Translations under genes and position numbers: made by a program
In this document: positions 56,690-64,000 of the stretch, in pieces
Layout of the letters: each line of letters opens with the position of its first letter
How positions within the stretch are numbered: the stretch's first letter is position 1
The notes under the pieces: model-generated
What the model was told of the DNA's origin: nothing
Seen by the model: only the letters and a program-made list of their open reading frames with translations
The model's database searches: none
Assembly: GCA_040752915.1 (NCBI GenBank)
Contig: JBFMHB010000001.1
Span: 78,532 to 142,531 of the forward strand
Length of the DNA stretch: 64,000 nt
Direction of reading: 5' to 3'
From: Acidobacteriota bacterium
GTDB lineage: Bacteria; Acidobacteriota; UBA4820; DSQY01

Positions 56690-57370
56690 CTAAAGGCCGC
56701 CCCTCAATCCCGCGTCCACGAAAGCCTGGATACGGCGCCGGTCTTCGGGGCCGAGGTCCTCGAACTGGACCCCGTAGGCGTTGAGGCGCGAATCCACCTC
56801 CCGAGCCTCCCTCACCACCTTGCCCGAGACCCTCACCTTGTCCTTTTCGAGGGGGAGGGTGATTTGGAGTTGAATGGAGTCGCCCAGCTTCAATCGCCGG
56901 GCGGTCAAAATCAGGATGCCCGAGGCACTCAGGTTGAGGGAATTGCACAGGAACAGACTCGATTGCACGTACCCCTGCACCTGAACGTAGACCAGAAGGC
57001 GGGCGTCCTTGCGCACGGCGATCGAGAGGAGGCGGCGGCAGGCCTCGTTGAAATCGCCCCCCACGACGGGTTTTCGCAGGACGGTGTTGACCCCCTCCGG
57101 CTTCTCCGCCGACGGGCTCCCGCTCAGAAGGATCAGGGCGGCGTGGCGGCCCGCCGGGTTGAGCCGAACTTGCTTTACGAAATCCCGGACCTCCATGTCG
57201 GCCAGTCGGTCGTCCGTGATGATGAGGCTCGGGCTCACCTCCGAGATTTTTCGGAGGGCCTCCTCGCCCGTCGCGGCGCGTAGGACCTCGTGCTCCTTCC
57301 TCAGGAGGAGGCTCTGGTCAAACGGCACCACCGGAATTCCGCTCTCCAAGATCAGAATGCGATGTCCCAT
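56690..57370 (-). CDS. Response-regulator receiver domain fused to a PilZ (c-di-GMP-binding) domain
   Basis: Receiver fold with phospho-Asp candidate in LIITDD and conserved K (LRKP), but the N-terminal acidic pair is degenerate (ILILESG instead of DD). PilZ motifs RKDAR (RxxxR) and NLSASG (D/NxSxxG). Confidence 0.7.
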   Translation of the reverse strand: MGHRILILESGIPVVPFDQSLLLRKEHEVLRAATGEEALRKISEVSPSLIITDDRLADMEVRDFVKQVRLNPAGRHAALILLSGSPSAEKPEGVNTVLRKPVVGGDFNEACRRLLSIAVRKDARLLVYVQVQGYVQSSLFLCNSLNLSASGILILTARRLKLGDSIQLQITLPLEKDKVRVSGKVVREAREVDSRLNAYGVQFEDLGPEDRRRIQAFVDAGLRGGL

Positions 57371-57487
57371 GGGCCCCTCCGGGTCCGCACCCCCCTCGGC
57401 GGGGACGCGGGCCCATGATGACTCGATTGCGCCTAGCCCCGTAGCAAGTGTAGGCCCAGGCGGGAGCCCGATTCAAGAGCCCACGGG

Positions 57488-58441
57488 TCAGGGGGCGGCG
57501 GATTCCGGCTCCTCGTAGGGATAAAGCGGGGTGGAGAGATACCGTTCGCCGCTATCGCACACGACGCTCACGACGCGCTTCCCGGGCCCGAGCTCCCGGG
57601 CCACCCCGAGGGCGGCGTGAAGGATCGCCCCCGAGGAGATGCCCGCCAGGATGCCCTCTTCGAGTCCGAGGCGGCGGGCCGCCTCGAGGGCCTCGTCGAA
57701 CCCGACGCGCACGACCCGGTCCACCACCGAGGGGTCGTAGTTGTCCGGAACGAATCCGGCTCCGATTCCCTGGATCCGGTGCTTTCCTGGCTCTCCACCC
57801 GAGAGCACGGGCGAATCCGACGGTTCCACCGCCAGGACCATGACCGATGGCCCCAGGCTGGCCTTGAGCATTCTCCCGACGCCCGCCACCGTTCCACCCG
57901 TCCCGACCCCCGCCACGAAGGCGTCCAGTTTTCCCCCCGTGTCCCTCAGTACTTCCAGGGCCGTCGAGTTCCTGTGGATCCAGGGATTCGCCGGATTGTC
58001 GAACTGTGAGGGCACGAAGCACCCCGGCGTTTCGGAGGCGATGCGGAGGGCCACGGCGATGGCCCCCTTCATCCCCTTCTCTCCCGGAGTCAGAATCAGC
58101 CGGGCGCCGAAGGCCTGGAGCAGCCGCCTCCGTTCCAGACTCATGGTGTCCGGCATCACAAGGGTCAGCCGGTATCCCTTCTGCGCGGCCACCATGGCGA
58201 GACCGATCCCCGTGTTCCCGGAGGTCGGCTCGACGATGGACATCCCAGGCAGGAGGGTTCCCGCTTCCTCGGCGGCGGATATCATCGCGTGCGCGATGCG
58301 GTCCTTTACGCTGGCGCCGGGATTGAGGGATTCGAGTTTGACGCACACTTCGGCCATGTCCGCCGATGGAATCCGGTTCAGGCGCACGAGGGGCGTATCC
58401 CCTATGACCTGCGAGATGTTGTCGTAGATTCGTCCTCTCAT
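57488..58441 (-). CDS. cysK: Cysteine synthase A (O-acetylserine sulfhydrylase), paralog 2
   Basis: Start at MRGRIYDNISQVIGDTPLVRL (reverse ATG 58441..58439), with an ATGA overlap onto the nth stop. SVKDRIA PLP-lysine, PTSGNTGIGLA, GVGTGGT, and SSGA blocks. Confidence 0.9.
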   Translation of the reverse strand: MRGRIYDNISQVIGDTPLVRLNRIPSADMAEVCVKLESLNPGASVKDRIAHAMISAAEEAGTLLPGMSIVEPTSGNTGIGLAMVAAQKGYRLTLVMPDTMSLERRRLLQAFGARLILTPGEKGMKGAIAVALRIASETPGCFVPSQFDNPANPWIHRNSTALEVLRDTGGKLDAFVAGVGTGGTVAGVGRMLKASLGPSVMVLAVEPSDSPVLSGGEPGKHRIQGIGAGFVPDNYDPSVVDRVVRVGFDEALEAARRLGLEEGILAGISSGAILHAALGVARELGPGKRVVSVVCDSGERYLSTPLYPYEEPESAAP

Positions 58442-59163
58442 CTCTCTCGCTCCTGAGCCTCGGGACGGACCGCGCCCTCCCTGGCCCGCTCTCTCCCGAA
58501 GACAGGCCCGGCGGCAGGACGTTCCTGGCCGAGGCCGATTCGGGGACAATCGCTCATCAACAGGCATCCGCCGCACCTGGGCACCCGGGCCGTACAGATG
58601 GCCCGACCGTGCCGGATCAGCCGGTGGCCGAGGGCCGTCCATTCCCGCCTGGGAAACCGGGCCATGAGATCCGCCTCGATGGCTTCGGACCTTCGATGCG
58701 CCGTCAACCCGAGCCGCCTCGAAAGCCGCGCCACGTGCGTATCCACCACGAACCCCTCTTGGATTCCAAATCCCGTTCCCAGAACCACGTTGGCCGTCTT
58801 CCTGGCCACTCCGGGGAGCCGAAGCAGTTCTTCCATGGTCCCTGGCACCGCTCCTCCGTGCCTTTCGGCGATGAGGCGGCTGACCTGCCTCAGGAAACGG
58901 GCCTTGTTCCGGAAAAACCCCGTGGGACGAACGATCTCTTCCAGTTCCTGGGGCTCGGCCTCCGCCAGCTCCCCGGGTCCAGGCCATCTCCCGAACAGGG
59001 CCGGCGTGACCTGGTTCACACGCTCATCGCGGCATCGGGCCGACAGGATCGTCGCCACGAGGAGCTCAAAGGGCGTCCGGAAGGACAGGGTGCAGGATGC
59101 GTCCGGATAGAGAGCCCTCAAGCCTTCCGCGACGCGTTTGGCCCGTCCAGACTCCTCCCGCAT
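58438..59163 (-). CDS. nth: Endonuclease III (DNA glycosylase/AP lyase)
   Basis: HhH-GPD with LPGVARKTANVVL, catalytic K/D, and the C-terminal 4Fe-4S cluster loop CTARVPRCGGCLLMSDC. Confidence 0.9.
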   Translation of the reverse strand: MREESGRAKRVAEGLRALYPDASCTLSFRTPFELLVATILSARCRDERVNQVTPALFGRWPGPGELAEAEPQELEEIVRPTGFFRNKARFLRQVSRLIAERHGGAVPGTMEELLRLPGVARKTANVVLGTGFGIQEGFVVDTHVARLSRRLGLTAHRRSEAIEADLMARFPRREWTALGHRLIRHGRAICTARVPRCGGCLLMSDCPRIGLGQERPAAGPVFGRERAREGAVRPEAQERER

Positions 59164-59805
59164 GCCAACCCCCTTCCGGACCTCTCCGGAAAACGATGAC
59201 GGTAAAGGGAAAAACCGTCCCCTTCACCCGGCCTATTCCCGCAGGCGGCCGGACAAACCGGGTCCGGAGGAGGGTGGATCGCCCTTATAGGGTGCGTCCT
59301 TCCTTTTCGCCCGACGATCTTCCGGCGAACCCGCCGACCCCTTGAACCCGAATTTGGGTCGGACGTGCCCCCGGAAACCTACTAACCTGAAGCGGCCCGA
59401 TTCAAACGGCCCTGCGGGCGACCCTTTCCTGCGCCCAAGAGAACACCGACTCGGGCTGGTCTAGGAATGCGCCTCGACCGGGTGGACTCCCGGAATTCGA
59501 CTTATCTCACGCCACACTCGCCAAACATCTCAACAATGAGGTGATTTCGATATATAAAATATAGCCAGTAGCCAAGTTCCAACACCCGTTTCAGCGCACC
59601 CCAGACAAGGCCAAATGGGGGTTCTTTTCTTCCCACTGTGATGGTTGACCCGCAACCATTCTACTGTAGAAATTGGTGCCCAAGTCTGGAATGCTCTCTC
59701 CGGACCATTCGAAGAACCCAAAGGAACCCGGCGATCTCCGGTGTTTCTTCATGAGGTTTCCTTCAACGACCCAGGCGCTCTTGGTCCCCCTCCCCCTCCC
59801 TCCGC

Positions 59806-61380
59806 TCAGGGGCTCTCGATCTCCGCGGCGGGCGCGTCCAATCGTCTTCCCCCGAGTCTTGGCCAGGGCACGGCGGCCAGGAAAAGCAGAACCAGGGGCG
59901 CCACCAACCAGAGGGCCCCCACTTTCACCCAGAGAGTCTCCGTCTTCCTTGGGGCGACGATGCCCCAGAACGAAGCCGGTTCCCCCGGCGTGGCCGCGGA
60001 TTGCAGCCGGCCGCGGGGATCCACGATTCCGCTGATCCCGCCGTTGGCGCTCCGGATCAGGAACCGGTCCGTCTCCACGGCGCGGACGCGTTCCATGAGG
60101 AAATGCTGGGCGGGACCGGGGGTCCCTTCGTACCATGCATCGTTCGTGAGATTCACGAGAATCTCGCCCCCCTCCCTCACCTGCCTTCTCACTAGACCGG
60201 GGAAGATGGCCTCATAACAGATGGTTACGGAGGCCGCGCCGGCGGGAGTGGACAGGGGTCGGAGGGAGTCTCCTGGAACGAAGTCCCCCACCGCCTCCAC
60301 GAGGGGTCGGGCAAAGAAGAGAAGGCGGCGCAGCGGCACGTATTCCCCGAAGGGGACAAGGTGGGTCTTGGCGTAGCGACCGCCCTCCCCACCCTCCGGC
60401 GGCACCAGCACGGCGCCGTTCTGGAACCCCCCTGGACCCTTGAAGGTCGTACCGAGCAGGATGGGAGCGGACAGCTCCCGAGCAATGGAGGCCACCCCCG
60501 ATCGGTAGGCCTCGTCCCCGTCCCATGCCACGGGTGTGCAGGACTCGGGCCAGACGAGCAACCGCAGGCCGAACTTGCGGAAAGCGAGGCTCAGGGTCTC
60601 CAGCCTGGTCCAGGTGCGATCCGCCTCCTCGGGGTCCCATTTCTCATCCTGACGGATGTTCGGCTGAAGGTATCCGACGGCGAGGCGGGGCATGGGAGAC
60701 ACGGGGCGCCCGGCCTGGACGGTCCCCCAGGCGAAGGCGCCCCCATACAGGAGCACCGATAGAAGGACGCCCGCCAAGGTGGACGGGGCCCCGCGCTCCC
60801 GGATCCAGAGGGCCACGGCCGCGGCGCCCAGCACGGCCAGGAAGGAGAGGCCGATGACTCCGAGGAACCTGGCGTTCTGGAGCAAGGCGGAGTAGAGGCT
60901 GAGGGAATAGCCGGGGCCCCACCACGGAAACCCCGTGAGGAGATGGCCCCTCAGCCATTCCCAGACCACCCAAGCGCAGGGCGCGAGGAGAAGCGCTCCC
61001 TCTCCCCGGCGCTTCACGGCCCAGGCCACCGTTGCGTAGAAACCCGCCCAGTAAAGCCCGAGGAGCACGGACAGCCCCGCCACGAGGGGAATGGCCATCC
61101 ATGGAGCGATCCCCCCGTACCGGACCATGGTGGGAACGAGCCACCAGAGGGTGACGGCTTCGCAAAGGGCTCCGCCCGCCCACCCCCACGACGCCGCCCG
61201 GCGGGGTGTCTCTTCCGGCAGAAAGAGAAGGCCCGGAACGAAGGCGGCCACCGCGAGGATGCCCACGCCGTACGGAGGGAGCGAAAGACCCCACAGGACG
61301 GCCCCCGCGACCAGGGCCAGGGGGAACCTCAACCGATCTGAGCCAAGCCGCTCGAAAAGACGCCCGACCGTTCCAGCCAC
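59806..61380 (-). CDS. lnt: Apolipoprotein N-acyltransferase
   Basis: N-terminal 6-7 TM helices. A C-terminal CN-hydrolase domain with catalytic E (LVWPES), K (YAKTHLVPFGEYVP), and C (VTICYE). Confidence 0.85.
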   Translation of the reverse strand: MAGTVGRLFERLGSDRLRFPLALVAGAVLWGLSLPPYGVGILAVAAFVPGLLFLPEETPRRAASWGWAGGALCEAVTLWWLVPTMVRYGGIAPWMAIPLVAGLSVLLGLYWAGFYATVAWAVKRRGEGALLLAPCAWVVWEWLRGHLLTGFPWWGPGYSLSLYSALLQNARFLGVIGLSFLAVLGAAAVALWIRERGAPSTLAGVLLSVLLYGGAFAWGTVQAGRPVSPMPRLAVGYLQPNIRQDEKWDPEEADRTWTRLETLSLAFRKFGLRLLVWPESCTPVAWDGDEAYRSGVASIARELSAPILLGTTFKGPGGFQNGAVLVPPEGGEGGRYAKTHLVPFGEYVPLRRLLFFARPLVEAVGDFVPGDSLRPLSTPAGAASVTICYEAIFPGLVRRQVREGGEILVNLTNDAWYEGTPGPAQHFLMERVRAVETDRFLIRSANGGISGIVDPRGRLQSAATPGEPASFWGIVAPRKTETLWVKVGALWLVAPLVLLFLAAVPWPRLGGRRLDAPAAEIESP

Positions 61381-63476
61381 TCCAGGTACCTCTCCCTTTC
61401 ACCGGTCCCCCATTTTCGGCCGGGATCCGAGAGTCGCGCCGCCCAGAGGCGCGCCCGCACCAGCGTATCATGATCTCTTACCGGGTCCGCCACGCGAAAG
61501 CCCGCACCGCCCCACTGCCGGACGCCCGCCAGATCCCCTCCCCCCCGAAGACGGAGATCCGCCTCCGCGATCTCGAACCCGTCCTGAGTCCTTTCCAGGA
61601 CCCTCAGCCGCTCGATGGACTCGGGCGCGGCGGCGGGGGAAACCATGAGCACGCAATAGCCCTTCTGCCCTCCGCGCCCGACCCGCCCGCGAAGCTGGTG
61701 CAACTGCGCGAGTCCAAACCGTTCCGCGTGTTCCACCACCATCACGCTGGCCCCGGGCAGATCCACCCCCACCTCCACCACCGTCGTGGCCACCAGAAGC
61801 CGAACCTCTCCGGACCGCACCCTCGCCATGACGGATTCCTTCTCCTCGGGCCTCATGCGCCCGTGGAGAAGGGCCGACGGGTACCCGCGGAACGCGCCGG
61901 TGGAGAGCCGCTTGAATGCCTCGCTCGCGGCCTGCAGGTCCAGAGCCTCGGACTCCTCCACCAAGGGGAACACCACGAACACCTGGCGCCCCGCATCCAT
62001 CTCCTTCCTCATGAAGGCTTCCGCCTTTCGCCGGGCCCCTTCTTCGCGGATGGCCGTCACCACTGGGGACCGTCCGGGAGGCATCTCGTCCAGCACGGAG
62101 AGGTCCAGGTCTCCGTACAGGGTCAGCGCAAGGCTCCTGGGAATAGGCGTCGCCGTCATGACGAGCACGTTGGGCCGTCTGCCCTTTTCCACGAGGTGGG
62201 CCCTCTGAAGCACCCCGAATCGGTGCTGTTCGTCGATGACGACGAGGCCCAGCTCTCGGTACGTCACATGTTCCTGGAAGAGACTCTGGGTCCCGACGAG
62301 GATCTGGATGTTCCCCGCGGCCACCTGGGCGAGGATCTCCTTTCGCCCTTTCCCCTTGACGCCGGACGTGAGGAAGGCGGCCCGCAGACCCGTCCCATCG
62401 AGCATGGCCTCGAGTTTGAGGTACTGCTGGCGCGCCAGGACTTCCGTGGGCGCCATGAAGGCGGCCTGCAGGCCCTTGTGGGCCGCAAAGATCATGGCCA
62501 GAAAAGCGACGACGGTCTTGCCGCTTCCCACGTCCCCGTGAAGGAGCCGGTACATGGGCCGCGGCGAGGCAAGGTCCTCGAACACCTCCCGCAGGACCCG
62601 CCGCTGGGCCCCCGTGAGGCGGAAGGGAAGAACACGGCGCAGCAAGTCGCCCGCATCGGGCGACGGGGCGATGACCGGTCCCGGCTTCAAGTCCCGGTCG
62701 CGCCGAACCAGAGCGAGGGACCACTGGAATCGCAGGAGTTCCTCGAAGGCCAGCCGCTTGTGGGCCTCGGGCGGCGGCCCCACGGGAACGCCCTCCCCGG
62801 GCGCGGGGGGAAAGTGGGCGGTCCTGAAGGCATCGGCCCGTGGAAGCAGGGACTCCTCCCGGAAGAGGTCCCCCGGGAGGATCTCCTGGATCTCCACCGA
62901 CCCCTTGTCCAGGAGCAGGCCCATGAAAATCCGTCGCAGGGTGCGCGGATGCACCTCTCCTTCCCGGCGGTAGACGGGGACCAGGCGATCTGAGAGGAGG
63001 GCCTGGTCCGGACCGTCCGCGGCCTTCTCGACCTCCGGGTTTTCGAGCTGAAGCCGCAGTCCTCCCCGGACCGAGTAAAGTCCCACCTTTCCGTAGAGGA
63101 ACACCTCGGTTCCAGCGGGCAGGCTCTTCGACAGCCACGGCTGGTTGAACCACACCGCGTGGAGACTGCCCGAGTCGTCCTGAACGATGGCCTCGGTGAC
63201 GTGAACCCCGCCTCGGAAGCTACGCCTCGGATGGATGGCCGCGATCCGCGCCCGGAAGCATGCGACGGTGCCCGGCTTGGCGGCCCCAAGGCGGGAGGGC
63301 CTACGTCGGTCCTCGTATCGGAAGGGAAGCCTCCACAGGAGTCCCTCCAGATCACGCACTCCCGCGGCGGCCAGGCGGCGTGCCGTGGCCGCCGTGATCC
63401 CGGGCAGGAGTGCGAGCCCCTCGGTGGACCGCTGGGCGTTCGAAGGACCGCCGGGCCGACTAGTCCGCCTTTCCAT
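61329..63476 (-). CDS. recG: ATP-dependent DNA helicase RecG
   Basis: N-terminal wedge region (LPGITAATARRLAAAGV...RLPFRYED). Helicase motifs GDVGSGKTVVA, DEQHRFGV, and QLRGRVGRG, plus the C-terminal TRG region. Confidence 0.9.
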   Translation of the reverse strand: MERRTSRPGGPSNAQRSTEGLALLPGITAATARRLAAAGVRDLEGLLWRLPFRYEDRRRPSRLGAAKPGTVACFRARIAAIHPRRSFRGGVHVTEAIVQDDSGSLHAVWFNQPWLSKSLPAGTEVFLYGKVGLYSVRGGLRLQLENPEVEKAADGPDQALLSDRLVPVYRREGEVHPRTLRRIFMGLLLDKGSVEIQEILPGDLFREESLLPRADAFRTAHFPPAPGEGVPVGPPPEAHKRLAFEELLRFQWSLALVRRDRDLKPGPVIAPSPDAGDLLRRVLPFRLTGAQRRVLREVFEDLASPRPMYRLLHGDVGSGKTVVAFLAMIFAAHKGLQAAFMAPTEVLARQQYLKLEAMLDGTGLRAAFLTSGVKGKGRKEILAQVAAGNIQILVGTQSLFQEHVTYRELGLVVIDEQHRFGVLQRAHLVEKGRRPNVLVMTATPIPRSLALTLYGDLDLSVLDEMPPGRSPVVTAIREEGARRKAEAFMRKEMDAGRQVFVVFPLVEESEALDLQAASEAFKRLSTGAFRGYPSALLHGRMRPEEKESVMARVRSGEVRLLVATTVVEVGVDLPGASVMVVEHAERFGLAQLHQLRGRVGRGGQKGYCVLMVSPAAAPESIERLRVLERTQDGFEIAEADLRLRGGGDLAGVRQWGGAGFRVADPVRDHDTLVRARLWAARLSDPGRKWGTGERERYLEWLERSGVFSSGLAQIG

Positions 63477-64000
63477 TGCCGTTGGAGGCGTACATCTCTT
63501 CGATCAGGTGGCCGAACTTCTGGTTGATGACGCGCCGCTTCACCTTCATGGTGGGGGTCAGCTCGCCCTCCTCGGCGGTCAGTTCCTTGGGCAGAAGGCG
63601 GCACTTCTTGACCTGCTCGAAGCGGCTCAAGTTCGCGTTCACCCTCTCGAGGACGTTTTCGAAGAGGTGGGCGACGACGGCCTCCCTGCACAGGTCCCGC
63701 GGGTCGATCTTGTTCACGCCCTTGCTCTTGGCGTAGTCGATCACGTTGTCCCAGTTGGGAACGATGAGGGCCGTGATGAACGGGCGTCGGTCTCCGATGA
63801 GGACGGCCTGGGAGACGTACTTGTTGCGCTTCAGCTCGTTCTCGATGGGCTGGGGAGCCACGTTCTTGCCGCCCGAGGTGACGATGATCTCCTTCTTGCG
63901 GTCCGTGATGTAGAGGTACCCGTCCTCGTCCATGGTGGCGATGTCCCCCGTGGCGAACCAGCCGTCCGGAGTCAGGACCTCGGCCGTCTCCTTTTCCATC
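63460..64000 (-). CDS. Long-chain-fatty-acid--CoA ligase (AMP-binding enzyme), C-terminal part only; gene runs off window end
   Basis: WFATGDIATMDEDGYLYITDRKKEIIVTSGGKNVAPQPIEN and the hinge/A8-A10 motifs of adenylate-forming enzymes, ending in LTPTMKVKRR. The ORF is open at the window boundary. Confidence 0.8.
   Translation of the reverse strand, partial: MEKETAEVLTPDGWFATGDIATMDEDGYLYITDRKKEIIVTSGGKNVAPQPIENELKRNKYVSQAVLIGDRRPFITALIVPNWDNVIDYAKSKGVNKIDPRDLCREAVVAHLFENVLERVNANLSRFEQVKKCRLLPKELTAEEGELTPTMKVKRRVINQKFGHLIEEMYASNGNGKAD

Noticed and set aside
59530-59721. 63-aa minus-strand ORF in the AT-rich intergenic island
   Set aside because: Atypical composition for this genome, no RBS, and no similarity to anything. 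More likely non-coding sequence.
59560-59740. RNase P RNA (rnpB) assignment for the AT-rich island
   Set aside because: Two short matches to E. coli M1 RNA 3'-half motifs were seen, but the universally conserved P4 GGAAAGUCC element and a plausible 5' half could not be found on either strand. Kept only as an unclassified ncRNA candidate.
1-64000. CRISPR arrays, transposases, integrases, rRNA genes
   Set aside because: No regularly spaced direct repeats and no DDE/tyrosine-recombinase or rRNA signatures were seen anywhere in the window.

Overview
This is a high-GC (roughly 65-70%) bacterial chromosomal segment, coding-dense on both strands. Many neighbouring genes overlap by 4 bp (ATGA), which suggests translational coupling. 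The many long Arg/Gly/Pro-rich ORFs lying antisense to real genes are high-GC artefacts and were discarded.

Housekeeping content, supported by conserved motifs read directly in the translations:
- pantothenate operon panB-panC-panD
- rph and murI, followed by a GerMN lipoprotein and an AmiC-type amidase
- thiE, ccmE-ccmF, mtnA, tsaD
- lepB, a DUF4388 protein, miaA, hfq
- pgsA, cobO, rpsA-ihfB, a HIT protein
- a PfkA-family phosphofructokinase, yebC-ruvC-ruvA
- cysK-nth on the minus strand, lnt, recG
- two ABC systems
- two tRNAs: Gly-CCC and Lys-CTT

Loci that deserve a second look:
1. A tightly packed minus-strand operon: YhaM-like OB/HD nuclease, TusA-like protein, GNAT acetyltransferase, and a 968-aa protein that fuses a DEAH helicase, a DUF1998/MrfA-type zinc finger and a C-terminal DEDD 3'-5' exonuclease.
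2. tRNA-Gly is followed about 250 bp downstream by a 27-nt direct repeat of its own 3' end, and each copy is followed by a near-identical terminator hairpin. This looks like an att-site scar.
3. A DUF2339 polytopic membrane protein coupled to a DUF3999-like exported protein.
4. A CcmE with a CxxxY (Cys instead of His) heme-binding motif, with only ccmE-ccmF present locally.
5. A cyclic-nucleotide module: Crp/Fnr regulator, LPP20-like lipoprotein, CHASE2 adenylate/guanylate cyclase, LPP20-like periplasmic protein, CsgG-like protein.
6. An unusually AT-rich 640-bp intergenic island between lnt and nth that no CDS explains.
7. A cluster of a polyprenyl glycosylphosphotransferase and an ArnD-like deformylase, with TAT/Sec-exported proteins of unknown function.

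No CRISPR array, rRNA, transposase or integrase was seen.
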